Source of the DNA: Ranitomeya imitator
Lineage: Eukaryota
Reading direction: 5' to 3'
DNA: 64,000 nt
NCBI RefSeq assembly: GCF_032444005.1
Contig: NC_091282.1
Coordinates: forward strand, 982,452,001 to 982,516,000
In this document: one piece after another, positions 44,837 through 58,283 of the stretch
Position numbering within the stretch: position 1 is the first letter of the stretch
How the letters are laid out: each line of letters opens with the position of its first letter
Translations under genes and position numbers: made by a program
The notes under the pieces: model-generated
Seen by the model: only the letters and a program-made list of their open reading frames with translations
Databases searched by the model: none
Told to the model about the DNA's origin: nothing

Positions 44837-47263
44837 ACATCACATATTGCTCATGCTACTGTCAGCCTGCATCTCCTAAATGTGCTACCATGGTCTCCAG
44901 ACTTTTCTCTCACTGTGCACATCTGGGACATCATTGCTTGGAAATAGAAAATAGAGCCGCCAGCAGCAGATCTTGATGATTTTTGTGCCCAAGTGCATTC
45001 AGCATGGAAGCACATTCCTTAGACAACTATTAATAACCTTATGAGCAGCATTGAAGATTTGTAAGTGCATATATTTCTGCACATGGTGTTCATACTTACC
45101 ATTTGCATATCGTCAACATGCCTATTGATTCTGTGATTTCCATAATGCCACAACTTTTCCTTCTTGGTGTTGCAATTTCAATGGTGACAAGCTCATATTA
45201 CCAAACAACAAATAGAAGCAGTTATGAAGGCATCATTACTGTGCAAGACATAATAAAAAATGTAAACCAAAAGGTTAGGCATCAAGCCACTAGTTATGAA
45301 AAAAGTATGAAAGTCTATATAATTGAACTTTCTTCTACTCCTTCCTTCTGCTGCCAGCACCAGGGTGTAGAATATAATTTCCCTACAGCTTCTAAATTCT
45401 CTAGGGAAGGAATATGCTGAGGCTCCTGCACACAACTATCTTATAAAAGTCTTTTTATACAAGTCTTACTGATTATTGTCCAATCATTGTTGTATACTCA
45501 GAGCAGTGACTGAACCAGTGCCGGTGTCGTGACTGTAATCAGAATGCTGCCAGGGGTAATAAAGTTCATTTTCTCCCTGCAGTGGTTGGGTATGTGCAGG
45601 TGCTGGGTAGGTTAATAATGCTATTAACCTTCAGATTAACCCCATATCTGTAAGTTTATAGTGATTTTTCTGGTGGCAGGTTCCCTTTACATGCACAAAG
45701 ATTTCAGCCTCCAAGACTCCTATGAATGAAGTGGTCAGAAATTCTTATAAGTAACAACTAGCCTTTATCCTAGTGTCTGACAACACGCTGTAATCTGTAC
45801 ATTAAATTCTTGCTGGGGAAAGCCAACATCACTTTATGTTCTTTTCTGATGAAAGCAAATAACTTTCATATGCATGCTACACTATCCTTTTTTGTTGAAA
45901 TTTCAGAAGCTAGTGCAAGCGAAACTCTCATATTGGTATCGTTCTAAGTAACCCTTATTTAGGATGGACAGCATAGCTGATGCCCACAGAGCCACGTGGA
46001 TTAATCTACTACAGATGACATACATAAATATATTCAGGAATTATTATGAATGAAGCTTTAGAGAAAAAAATAATACTTTGATGTCCACTCAGAATAAAAT
46101 ATTATATATTGTACATCCACCCAGAGAAAAGAAAGAAAATGGGCTTAACCCCCAACCATTGTAATAGCAAATGACATTGAGGACACCCATGAAGAAGCAA
46201 CTTATTTAAAGGGAACCTGTCATGTAAAAAAAAAACACTATTAACCTGGAGAAATGAGGTTAATCTGCAGTTTAATACCATACTGAACCTGACCGATGCC
46301 TGCACTTAGAGCCAGCTGCCGAGAGGGTATGAACTTTATTCCCCTCGGCAGCATTCAGTTTTCAGTCATAGGGGTGGGCCAGTGCGGCTTCAGTCATGAC
46401 CCTTTCTTGTTTTTTTCCTTGTGAAAGCTGCCTACCTGATTTTGTAAGTTTGCCCACTGACAAAGATATGAACAGTCTATAATTTTAAGGGTAGGTTAAT
46501 TTTAACATTGAGAGATAGAATATCAAAAACAAAATCCAGAAAATCACATTGTATAAATTATATAAATTTATTTGCATTTTGCATTTTGCAGTAGTATCCA
46601 AAATGTGAGCTGTAAGATGAAGTTGAGGTACAAGCCAAAGAGTCAAAGCCGGTCGGGGAATATGGTATCAGAGATGGAAAACAAGAGGCAGGGTACTAAA
46701 TCAGGGATAGGGAACGGGTCTAATACAAATACGGGAAGTCAGAGGCAGAAGGATCACCAGGGTATACTGGTCAGCTGCTCTAGCCTAGAAGCATGAACTA
46801 TCAAGCTGGCCAGCAGACTGCAGAGGGTTGAAAAAGCCCAGCCAGCTCCAAAACGAGGTCCAGGGGATTAACCCCCGCATGGCCAGTCAAGAGAGATGAT
46901 AGCAGAAAACAAACCCCGAATTAGATCATGACAATTTCTGGAGCCCTTGATATATGAGCTTTATTACAATGTATGAACAATAATGATATATACTCCCCCT
47001 TTGATCCTCACTTATCATGTGATTAATTTGTATTACAATTTATTTGTGACAATCATGTTTATAGGTTTAAATATTTTTGTATATTGGACATGTTTTTTTC
47101 TCAAAGGGGCGGGGCTAGACACAATGCTTTAGACTGATAGTGGCTTTCTTTTTTCTATTTTATTTAACATATTACTCCATAATTAAAACCATTGGGGAAC
47201 TACAAAATTTAAACTTTTTTTTTTATATCTGATTTCACCTGTAACTGGGGCTTACACATTTAC

Positions 47264-47442
47264 CCAAGTTGCAGGACAAATTCAGCCTCTTGGTTGCACT
47301 GAAAAGCTGATCTGAATATGTTGGACCCAATAGCTCCTAGTCTTTTCTTGCCCACGGAAGTCGCATGATTGCTAGGATAGGATACTGTGTACACAACGTT
47401 TCTTCGGTGCTGTGCATCCAGCAATGAGGAAAGCAGGTGCAT
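47264..47442 (-). CDS. trpc3: Candidate first coding exon of trpc3 (59 codons plus 2 nt)
   Basis: gcagccATG in good Kozak context; open frame MHLLSSLLDAQHRRNVVY...FVLQL ending at TGG/GTAAAT; phase 2 matches the phase-2 acceptor at 16666; sequence looks non-repetitive. No homology confirmed. Confidence 0.45.
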
Positions 47443-49049
47443 GGCTGCTTACTATGCAATGATGTTTTAGAACATTTAATATGCCGACTGCTCACTCATT
47501 TCAAGTCTATTGGTGGCCTAGGAGAGTTAAATTAGACAACATATTGTAATGATGGCTAGAATAAAAAGATAGTTTATACTCAAAGACACAATCAATAGGA
47601 TACATGAAGGACTTTTCTAACACTGAGATGGTAGGAATATCTTTATTCAGTATAACATTTTTTATACAATTACTTTCTTATACAATTACCAGTTTCTATA
47701 AATGCCACTCACAGTGTTCAGTTATGTCTATTAAATGTGGTAATAAGCATCCTTGTGCAGAAATCTATATTTTGTCTTTCAGTGGTGACTTTCTTTACAT
47801 GTACAGAAGTCTAATAAGTTTTAAGCAGCCTTTTACTATTTTTGCTTACTCGAATTTGCCAAGTTGTCAGGACAAATGTTATCTTTGCAGACAAATGTTT
47901 CAACTTCAGACATAGACTGTCTCCAGTTATGACAATAACTTTGTTAAGCGCTTTAAAACAACTAAAGGGCTCTCAGTGACTGAGAGATGGAGGCTCATTA
48001 ACGAACCCTTTACGTTTGAAGAAGTACACGTAAAATTCTGAAACTAGAAATATAGGGGGCGGTAAAATAGAGGCTATAGAGGATAAGAACTAAAAATAAT
48101 CTTTCTACGTGATGCTCTAATTTCCAGAAAAGCACAAAATATTCTAAACTGGTGCCGTTGTGGAACAAGGTCTTTAAAGGACAGTGTTTAAAATGATTAA
48201 AATCTTTTTGATGATAGATTTTGCTATTTACAGACTGACAACAATCAGGAAGGCACTTTATATGCACAGGGTATATCATCACAGTGATCAATTAATATTT
48301 GCGTCACAGCCCAAGATAATCAGAAGTATGCCAGTGCTCTGACTCCTGTTTCTTGTAGAGGACACTGAAAACAAAGTTGCAAAGGCTAAGCTTACTTTTA
48401 AGTAAAGTTTGCCGTCTTTCTGACTGGTTCAAAAGAAACCGGGATTAGCACAATGCAAATGATCTTTTGTAAAAATGCCCTTTTTCTTACGTTTTTATTA
48501 AACCATATTAAACCAATATTTTACATTTATTCTGCATTACGAGAAGTATATTGTCTCAAACTAACTCACATTGTGATCCTCCTAAATTTCGTCTATGTTA
48601 ATCAAAATACCTGCATATGAATATCCAATAGGGATTCTGCCCTTTAAGAAAATATATTTTAGCAGCTTTCTCTTCAAGCTGACAGCAGATTGGTATGTGA
48701 ATTCATGTTCATTTATGTGCAACAATGTTATTGGTGAAAATGTCACGTTTCAAAAACTGAAGCTGCAGCCTTCGGAATTACTCGGAGATAGACATTAGAC
48801 AACACAATGTTGAAATTAGTTTTGTCAAATTGGTGTGGCTCTATACAATCTGGCACTGATTGGACAAAGTTAAAGTGTTCAATGACACCCACCCCCAACC
48901 ACGTACACTCTGTTAAACACAGAGATTTAACAAAAGGTATACCTGAATTATTATTTTAAGGGAATACAATTTTTTAACTAAATTAGACAAGTTATAACAG
49001 GTGAAAAGTATTTGTTCTACCTCCCATGTGAAGAGAAACTAATATCACA

Positions 49050-51620
49050 TTAACATCGCAAAACCGAAACAGTGACATATACTCTATCAATATTAGGATA
49101 TTAGCGAAGGGAATGAGGATGTCGAGTCCATATGGGTCGAAATTCATGGAGGGAAAAATGGTAACAAAATTCTCATTGGGGTCTGTTACAAACCCCCAAA
49201 TATAACAGAAATCATGGAAAGTCTACTTCTAAAGCAGATAGATGAAGCTGCAACCCATAATGAAGTCCTGGTTATGGGGGACTTTAACTACCCGGATATT
49301 AACTGGGAAACAGAAACCTGTGAAACCCATAAAGGCAACAGTTTCTGCTAATAACCAAGAAAAATTATCTTTCACAATTGGTGCAGAATCCAACCAGAGG
49401 AGCAGCACTTTTAGACCTAATACTATCTAATAGACCTGACAGAATAACAAATCTGCAGGTGGTCGGGCATCTAGGAAATAGCGACCACAATATTGTACAG
49501 TTTCACCTGTCTTTCACTAGGGGGACTTGTCAGGGAGTCACAAAAACACTGAACTTTAGGAAGGCAAAGTTTGACCAGCTTAGAGATGCCCTTAATCTGG
49601 TAGACTGGGACAATATCCTCAGAAATAAGAATACAGATAATAAATGGAAAATGTTTAAGAACATCCTAAATAGGCACTGTAAGCGGTTTATACCTTGTGG
49701 GAATAAAAGGACTAGAAATAGTAAAAACCCAATGTGGCTAAACAAAGAAGTAAGGCTACGTTCACACTAGCGTTATGCTAGTGTGCATCGGGTTAGCGTC
49801 GGGCAACGCAGCAGCGACGCACGCGTCATGCGCCCCTATAGTAAAAGAATAAAAACTGAAAATGTAGGCCCCTTAAAAAATTGTGAGGAAATTATGGTTG
49901 TAGATGACGAGGAAAAAGCTAACATATTAAACACCTTCTCCACGGTATTCACGGTGGAAAATGAAATGCTAGGTGAAATCCCAAGAAACAATGAAAACCC
50001 TATATTAAGGGTCACCAATCTAACCCAAGAAGAGGTGCGAAACCGGCTAAATAAGATTAAAATAGATAAATCTCCGGGTCTGGATGGCATACACCCACGA
50101 GTACTAAGAGAACTAAGTAATATAATAGATAAACCATTATTTCTTATTTTTAGGGACTCTATAGCGACGGGGTCTGTTCTGCAGGACTGGCGCATAGCAA
50201 ATGTGGTGCCAATATTCAAAAAGGGCTCTAAAAGTGAACCTGGAAATTATAGGCCAGTAAGTCTAACCTCTATTGTTGGTAAAATATTTGAAGGGTGTCT
50301 GAAGGATGTTATTCTGGATTATCTCAATGAGAATAACTGTTTAACTCCATATCAGCATGGGTTTATGAGAAATCGCTCCTGTCAAACCAATCTAATCAGT
50401 TTTTATGAAGACGTAAGCTATAGGCTGGACCACGGTGAGTCATTGGACGTGGTATATCTCGATTTTTCCAAAGCGTTTGATACCGTACCGCACAAGAGGT
50501 TGGTACACAAAATGAGAATGCTTGATCTGGGGGAAAATGTGTGTAAATGGGTTAGTAACTGGCTTAGTGATAGAAAGCAGAGGGTGGTTATAAATGGTAT
50601 AGTCTCTAACTGGGTCGCTGTGACCAGTGGGGTACCGCAGGGGTCGGTATTGGGACCTGTTCTCTTCAACATATTCATTAATGATCTGGTAGAAGGTTTA
50701 CACAGTTAAATATCAATATTTGCAAATGATACAAAACTATGTAAAGCAGTTAATACAAGACAAGATAGTATTCTGCTACAGATGGATCTGGATAAGTTGG
50801 AAACTTGGGCTGAAAGGTGGCAGATGAGGTTTAACAATGATAAATGTAAGGTTATACACATGGGAAGAAGGAATCAATATCACCATTACACACTGAACGG
50901 GAAACCACAGGGTAAATCTGAAAGGGAGAAGGACTTGGGGATCCTAGTTAATGATAAACTTACCTGGAGCAGCCAGTGCCAGGCAGCAGCTGCCAAGGCA
51001 AACAGGATCATGGGGTGCATTAAAAGAGGTCTGGATACACATGATGAGAGCATTATACTGCCTCTGTACAAATCCCTAGTTAGACCGCACATGGAGTACT
51101 GTGTTCAGTTTTGGGCACCGGTGCTCAGGAAGGATATAATGGAACTAGGATGGGAGAACTACAATACCCAGATAGATTAGCGAAATTAGGATTATTTAGT
51201 CTAGAAAAAAGATGACTGATGGTCGATCTAATAACCATGTATAAGTATATAAGGGGTCAATACAAATATCTCGCTGAGGATCTGTTTATACCAAGGAAGG
51301 TGAAGGGCACAAGGGGGCATTCTTTGCGTCTGGAGGAGAGAAGGTTTTTCCACCAACATAGAAGGGGATTCTTTACTGTTAGGGCAGTGAGAATCTGGAA
51401 TTGCTTGACTGTGGAGGTGGTGATGGCGAACTCAGTCGAGGGGTTCAAGAGAGGCCTGGATGTCTTCCTGGAGCAGAACAATATTGTATCATACAATTAT
51501 TAGGTTCTGTAGAAGGACGTAGATCTGGGGATTTATTATGATGGAATATAGGCTGAACTGGATGGACAAATGTCTTTTTTCGGCCTTACTAACTATATTA
51601 CTATATTACTATGTTACTAT
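49050..51620 (+). mobile_element. 5'-truncated, decayed CR1 LINE (APE C-terminus, RT, 3' UTR)
   Basis: VMGDFNYPDINW; [13 protein letters not shown]; [13 protein letters not shown]; [10 protein letters not shown]; (TTACTAT[G/A])n tail. Stop at 50707-50709. Harbinger-MITE left end plus deletion at about 49755-49840. Confidence 0.93.
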
Positions 51621-52370
51621 GACGCACCAGCTTTTTCAAAACTCCATAAATTAATTACCATATATTGTAAACAATTGTGCTCACAACACTGAAGACAATG
51701 ACCCCGATTCATTAAGAATGACATTTTGTATGAAAATCTTAATGAGTGGCGTGCAGGAATAAGAGGCACCAAATGAATTAAGAGTCACGCGCTACTTAAT
51801 GAATTCAATGAATCTTATCAGCAGTGGGCATCACCGTATTGCTAGTTAGAAATGTTTCTCCAGCTTATTGATGAATTTGACAGGCAGGTGTTGCCATGCC
51901 CCACCCTGGTGTTGCCAATTTTGGCAGAGTTGTTTGAAACTGGTGTGAAAATGTCAAAATTCACAAAAGTTTTGCACAACTCCATGATGCATTAAAATTT
52001 TGTGACTGTTCAAAGTGTTTCAAACCAGAATTGGCGTAAACACTTTGATGAATCAGGGCAAATGAGCTTATTGAAGAAGATAAGCCTAAACGTTACATAT
52101 GTTTTAACAAATAGGCAGCCACATATGGGCAGCCATCTCCCTATTTACATGTGTACGAAATTTACTCAATAAGGACCCCAAACACATTTTTGTGATTTTT
52201 AACTTAACCAAGCAAAACTATGGCAATTTTTTTAATTTTCTATTACTGAAAATCTGCATAACTTAACCCCTAATTCCCCCCCCAAAAAATTCTGTTAAGG
52301 TAACTTTTTTTAATTCATTATATCACATGTTCCATTTTTTTCAGTGAATTATTAAAAAACGTAGAATTAA

Positions 52371-53751
52371 CCCCTTAAAGTGATTTACCCCATGTCAAAA
52401 GGTGATGGTTTTCTGACACTTGTGGGTACAGAAAAAATTGCACAACTTTTGGGGTCCAATTTCTCCTGTTACACCGGTGAAAATAAAAAATTGGGGCTAA
52501 AAGATCATTTTTGTGGAAAAAAATAGATTTTTTATTTTCATGGCTCTACGTTATAAACATTTGTGAAACACCTGAGGGCTCAAAGTCCTCACCACACATC
52601 TAGATAAGTTCCTTAAGGGGTCTAGTTTCCAAAACGGTGTTCATACCCTTCCGAGCCCTGCCATGTGCTCAAACAATATTTTTTTCCAACATATGGAAAA
52701 AAACTCAGGAGAAATTGCACAACAACTTTTGGGGTCCAATTTCTCCTGTTATCCTTGTGAAAATAAAAATATTGGGGCTGAAATATAATTTAAGTGGAAA
52801 AAAATGTTTTTTTTTATTTTCACGGCGCTATGTTATAAACTTTTGTGAAACACTTTGGGGTTCTAAGTGCTCACCACCCATCTAGATAAGTTCCTTAAGA
52901 GATCTAGTTTCCAAAATGGGATCACTTGTGGGGAGTTTACTGTTTAGGCACATCAGGGACTCTCCAAACGCAACATGGCATCGGCTCTCAATTCCAGCGA
53001 GTTTTGCATTGAAAAAAGTCAAACAGTGCTCCTTTCCTACCGAGCTCTGCCATGCGCCCAAACAATGGTTTTCTCCTACATATGTGGTATCAGCATACTT
53101 GTGAGAAATTGCACATCTTTTTGGGTGTCCACTTTCTCCTGTTAACCTTTGTGAAAATAAAAAATTTGGGTCTAAATTAACATTTTAGTGAAAAAAAAGT
53201 AAATGCTCATTTTTTCCTTTCATGTTCCAATAATTGTTATGAAGTACGTAAAGGGTTAACAAACTTCTTGAATGTGGTTTGGAGCACCTTGAGGGGTGCA
53301 GTTTTTAAAATGGTGTCACTTGTAGGTATTTTCTGTTATATAAAATTTTGTTGGCGAAATGAAAAATCGCTGGTCAACTTTTATAACTTCCAAACAAAAA
53401 AAATTGGGTTCCAAAATTGTGCTGATGTAAAGTTGACATGTGGGAAATGTTACTTATTAACTATTTTGTGTGACATATCTCTGTGATTTAAGGGCATGAA
53501 CATTCAAATTTTTAAAATTGCACAATTTTCTAAATTTTCGACAAATTTCCATTTTTTTCACAAATAAATGCAAGTCATATTGAAGAAATTTTAAAACTAT
53601 CATGAAGTACAATATGTCATGAAAAACAATCCCAGAATCACAGGGATCCATTGAAGCGTTCCAGAGGTATAACCTCGTAAAGTGACAGTGGTCAAAATTG
53701 TAAAAATTGGCCTGGTCATTAATGTGCAAACCACCTTCATGGGTAAAGGAG
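52371..53751 (-). mobile_element. Second, shorter inverted copy of the 28628-33273 piggyBac-like family
   Basis: 53751 leftward is homologous to 28628 rightward, including the 388-bp unit; TTAA at 53752-53755 and 52367-52370. Confidence 0.65.
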
Positions 53752-54999
53752 TTAATATTGTAACAAATCCAATTATACATTTTCATACAGCCCAATGGTA
53801 AAGAAATCAGTGAAACACTTGTAGGATAAAAATTATCATTACACTACTAGATTAATTCCCTGAGGTGTGTAGTTTCTGAAATGGGGTCAGGGTTTTCTGC
53901 TGTGCTGGCACCTTGGGGTCTCTTTAAGTGGCACCCATAAACTGTTCCAGCCAAATTTATGCTCCAAATGACAAATATCATGTCTTACCATCCAACCCCT
54001 GCTGTGTGCACAAACAGTAATTTTGGACCACAAAGGTATTGCCACATTAAAGAGAAATCTCTTTACAAATTGTTGAGTCAATCTTATCCTATTACCGTTT
54101 GTGAAAATGAAAGATTTGGGGCGAAATCAACATTTTAGCAGAAAAATATAATTTTTTTGTTTTCACATCCCAGAATTATAAAATTCCTTACAGCTTCAAT
54201 GTGTTGAAAATGCTTACCACGCAACATTTCTTTAGGACTTTAGTTCTAAAACTTTGTGGTGAGTTGGGGTTTCGGCTACTTCAGTACCTCCGGTGCTCTG
54301 CAACTGCAACATGGCATCCACTGTCTATTTCAATCAAATTTTCAACATGTATGAAAGCAAATTGTAAAGAGTCAACTAAAATAACCATTTTACTAATAAA
54401 AGAAAGTTGTGTTGTATCATAGCTTAGTTATCACACTATTCTACTATTCCATATTCTTGGTCGATGTCATTTGTTGCCTAGAAATCACACAGGTATGAAA
54501 AAATCAAATGCAATTCAAAGGGACCCCAACAATGCAAATGGATTCTCGTGGTATTTATTTTACACTAACTGAAAGTGGACAAGTATTATGGAAAAAAATA
54601 GTCTGTGCACATTAACATGAGCCATAGCCCTCACTAAAAATATATGATAAAAGGATACATATGGCAGTAGTATGGCTTTTGTCCTGTCATTAAAAGAGCT
54701 AGGCTCAAGCAGGATTATACATGAATACCATAAGCTTTTAGAAAAAAAATCCATTAAATGTGTCCAGTACATTCATTCAAACAGAGCCAATAAATTGTGT
54801 GTAAATACTCCTGAAAACTATGATTCAATAGAATAAATGATAGAAAGCATAGTGAATTCGTGGTATTTAAATAGGAATTGTATATTGCAAAACAAGAGTA
54901 AAAAATCATGAAGGAAATTTTAGGACAGGAAATTATTCTTGTGAATATCCTGCCAGTCATATAATGAAACTGCAATTGGTTTCTGCCCTTTATAAAACA

Positions 55000-55690
55000 T
55001 ACTGGAGCTAAAATATGTTACAAAGGCTGACTTGGAAAAGAGCTTCAACCCTAAGCAGCTGAGCGGCCTGCATCCAATCTGTCGACTGAAACAGTCATAT
55101 TCACTAACAAAGACAACAAAATTATTGTTGGCATCAGTGAACCAACACTTCGCCAAGCATTGGACCACTGATTCTTCCTAGCTAAGCCCCCTAAAAATAA
55201 TAATGTTATAAAAACGGAATCCATCAGAAACAAATCCAATATACTCAGCTTTACGCAGAAAGTGATCATTGTACTCTACTGCACAATAAGGAGGCACAGA
55301 AGGAAGCCAGAAGAAAGCCATTACTGCTATAATTCGGCAAAGTATCTCGCCTACAATACGCAAAACAGCACAGAGACAAGCCTCAAAACTTCTGGAACAA
55401 GGTAATTTGGAGTGATGAGACCAAAATTGAACTTTTTGGCCACAACCATAAAAGTTACATTAGGAGACAGGTCAACAAGGCCTATGATGAAAGGAACACC
55501 ATTCCTACTGTAAAGCATGGAGATGATTGCTATTATTTTGTGGATGTGTGAGCTACAAAGGCACAGAAAACTTGGTCAAAGTTGAAGGAAAGATGAATGT
55601 ACTTTACCAGCAAATACTGGAGGTAAATTTGCACTCATCAGCCCGAAGCTATGCATAGGATGTTCTTGGATGTTCCAACATGACATGAAT
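55000..55690 (+). mobile_element. Decayed Tc1 transposase fragment
   Basis: ARRKPLL, FWNKVIWSDETKIELFG and PTVKHG remnants. Confidence 0.75.
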
Positions 55691-57118
55691 TCAGCAGGAA
55701 AAAAGAAAGAAACCAGAACGTATCGTTCCTAATCACGTCTGACCACTTTTAACTAACAACCCAGCATAGCCAGCCACTAGACTCTAAAACTTAACATTTA
55801 ATATGTATACCTCTAAAATTATGTGTACTTTAAAAACAATTTGGTGCTCATGTTTAAACGTGCACTAGACAAGAAAAATGGCATGATCTCACCCAATTGC
55901 TGTCTCTCTTCTTGTTATAGATTCTTGTGCTTATTGAGAGCACGGCATGGGACGGAGACCAATAGACCTGGCTGACAATTTAAATATCACTGTAATTATA
56001 ATTATTTTTTTTTTCATCTCGCGGGAGATTTATAATTATAATTACAGTGATATTTAAATTGTTGCCAGCCAGTGATGTAAAGGAATTTTTTAGAGGTATT
56101 TTCTTAGCATGCTCTACTGTGTAACAATTGGATGTGAAATTAAAAGAGGTATTTTCTCAGCATGCTCTAATGTTCAATAGCTGGTTGTATTCAAAGAATG
56201 CTGATTTTATCTGGTGCTCCTTTGTTATCATCAGAATTTGTTTTACGCCTACCTGCCACTGTATATTTATCTGTATGGTTTTGAGGCATTGCTTTATTTT
56301 TTGTATTTGTTTGTATTTGTCTGTATCAAAAAAGTTATAACTTTTTATTGAAAAGAACTAGAACACTCTTTGATTCAGCACGCAGTTTAATGACTGCCTG
56401 GTTGATCAGTATGTTTAATGATTAAGTAGGGTGTTACCCATCCCATAAGTGTGGTAATGGGTCAGGGTTATATGTTTACTCTGGGGAGGAAGCTGCCTGG
56501 AAGATAACTCTGCCTCCTGAGATTATTGTACATTAAATGGTAGTTACCAGTGTGATGTGTTGTGGCTGCTCTCTGCTCTCCTGATCTTACTGCAGAGCTG
56601 TGTGGGATTATAACTGACACATCTTCAGGTTCCTTTCAGCTTCAGCTTCCATCTCATAGGCAGACAGGTTTGCAATTTTGCAATATTCTTGCATCACAGC
56701 AGAGCTCAAGAGCTGCAAAAAATGTGCTTGCAAAATGTAAAATTTCATTTATCCTGTTCTGTGTTAGTTACTTCTCTCACACTGGTAATGCCCCCTTTTA
56801 TTTAAAATATGTTCTTTAGGCAGAGGTATCCTCCATGCAACATCCTCCCCATAGCCTGGAAAAAGGTAATTTACCTATGATAAAAAACAGGGAGTTCTCT
56901 GGAATAAGACATCAGATCGCAGATATGAAGGTATAATTTTATTCAGCTTCCTGTTACCTACATTTCCATATAGTACAGCAAATATACGGCACTCCACCAA
57001 TATGAGATGTGGTGCTCAAGTAGAGTATCCAGCCCGTGTCATACAGCAACAAATAAACTTGGCACTCTGGAGACAATATTACGAGAATGAATTTCCTTTT
57101 ATTGTGTATTAATAATTT

Positions 57119-57158
57119 GTTGAACGTTTTCGGTCCTGATGGGGACCTTCATCAGAAC
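57119..57158 (-). ncRNA. Minimal type I hammerhead ribozyme in a Penelope-like terminal repeat
   Basis: GUU-CUGAUGA-A-GGUCC(CCAUCA)GGACC-GAAA-ACGUUC-AAC: intact core, 5-bp stem II, palindromic AACGUU stem III, UUC cleavage triplet, 3-bp stem I; AATAAA about 15 nt downstream. Confidence 0.7.
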
Positions 57159-58283
57159 TGAATGCTACAAGGTGGAAGGAACCCGTGTAGGCTAGCGAAT
57201 GGAGAGTGCAAGCTATGTTGCTGGCCTGAATAGAAGGACTGATGGCTCATGTGACTATTGAAAGGAAGAAGGAAATGGTTACCAACCAACATCAGCCGAT
57301 CAATCTAAAAGAACAGCCAGCATGAGACAGATATTAGTCATTGTTGGACCAAAAGGTAAAAACAACATTTAAATTTCAGCAAAACCAGAGCAGCCAAGAG
57401 TCACATAATGAAACGTGACACCAGGAGTCAGGGATGTGTGCGCTGATGCTCTCACATGTTTTCATTGGCAGGAATTCCAGCGTCTCATGCCAGGTGAAGG
57501 CAGGTTGTTTCCCCCCACAGCTATGGGATATCCCGATATCGGGATATCCCGATGAATGCATGATGGCGTTGGTGCAACACAAAATGGAACAGCTCTGGTA
57601 GGGCGTGGAGCAAGTGGTGTGAGCTCACTGGTGATAGGTATGGGCAGAATCAAACAGGCCTTTTGTGCAACCTCCCGCATTACTTAATTCATATTGGTTC
57701 CGTGGGGTTTCATACTCAGCGGTTCACAAGAAACTTGCCTGTATAAGCTTTTACTATTGTTTGCTTGGCTTGAAAGATATGACAAAATTATTTATTGTTC
57801 AGCAGGCCCTGTAGATCTGGAAAAAGAGCACATTAGAAAGGAGTACCTTCACCAAAACTCTTTTCGCCTTCTGGACTGTTTAATCACAGTAACTAACATT
57901 GTTTGATGTTTTTGTGACATTTGATTTTGTGATGACTTATGATTATGAACCATCCCTCTGCAACAAAACTTTCTGCTTAGCTATTTTCAGGGCACTTTGG
58001 GTAAGTGTGTTGGCTTCCTTGTCGAAAGCTAAAGTGGGTGGTTAATTAAGAGAAGATGTGATAGTTAGCAATTGTTCTAACTGAATCTGCATTTGCCGCT
58101 ACAAGACAGACCAATACAGGCGAGATGCATGGATTCTGTTGAAACAAGTGGATGGTATGGTTTGTCCTTTTCATATAATTTCTGCTTATTTAGATACACG
58201 ACAGAGGGGTGGGAATTTTTTAGCCCCCCCGCGATGGTGCCCATTTCATATGTTACCTGTTTTAGGCTATATCAAATCGATTC

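Noticed and set aside
21825-45810. Other CTGATGA motifs (about 21829, 35160, 42677, 45786) as hammerheads
   Set aside because: No stem II followed by GAAA and no NUH site in register.
49783-50709. 308-aa RT ORF as an active LINE
   Set aside because: Flanked by a deletion and MITE scar, a premature stop, frameshifts and 5' truncation.
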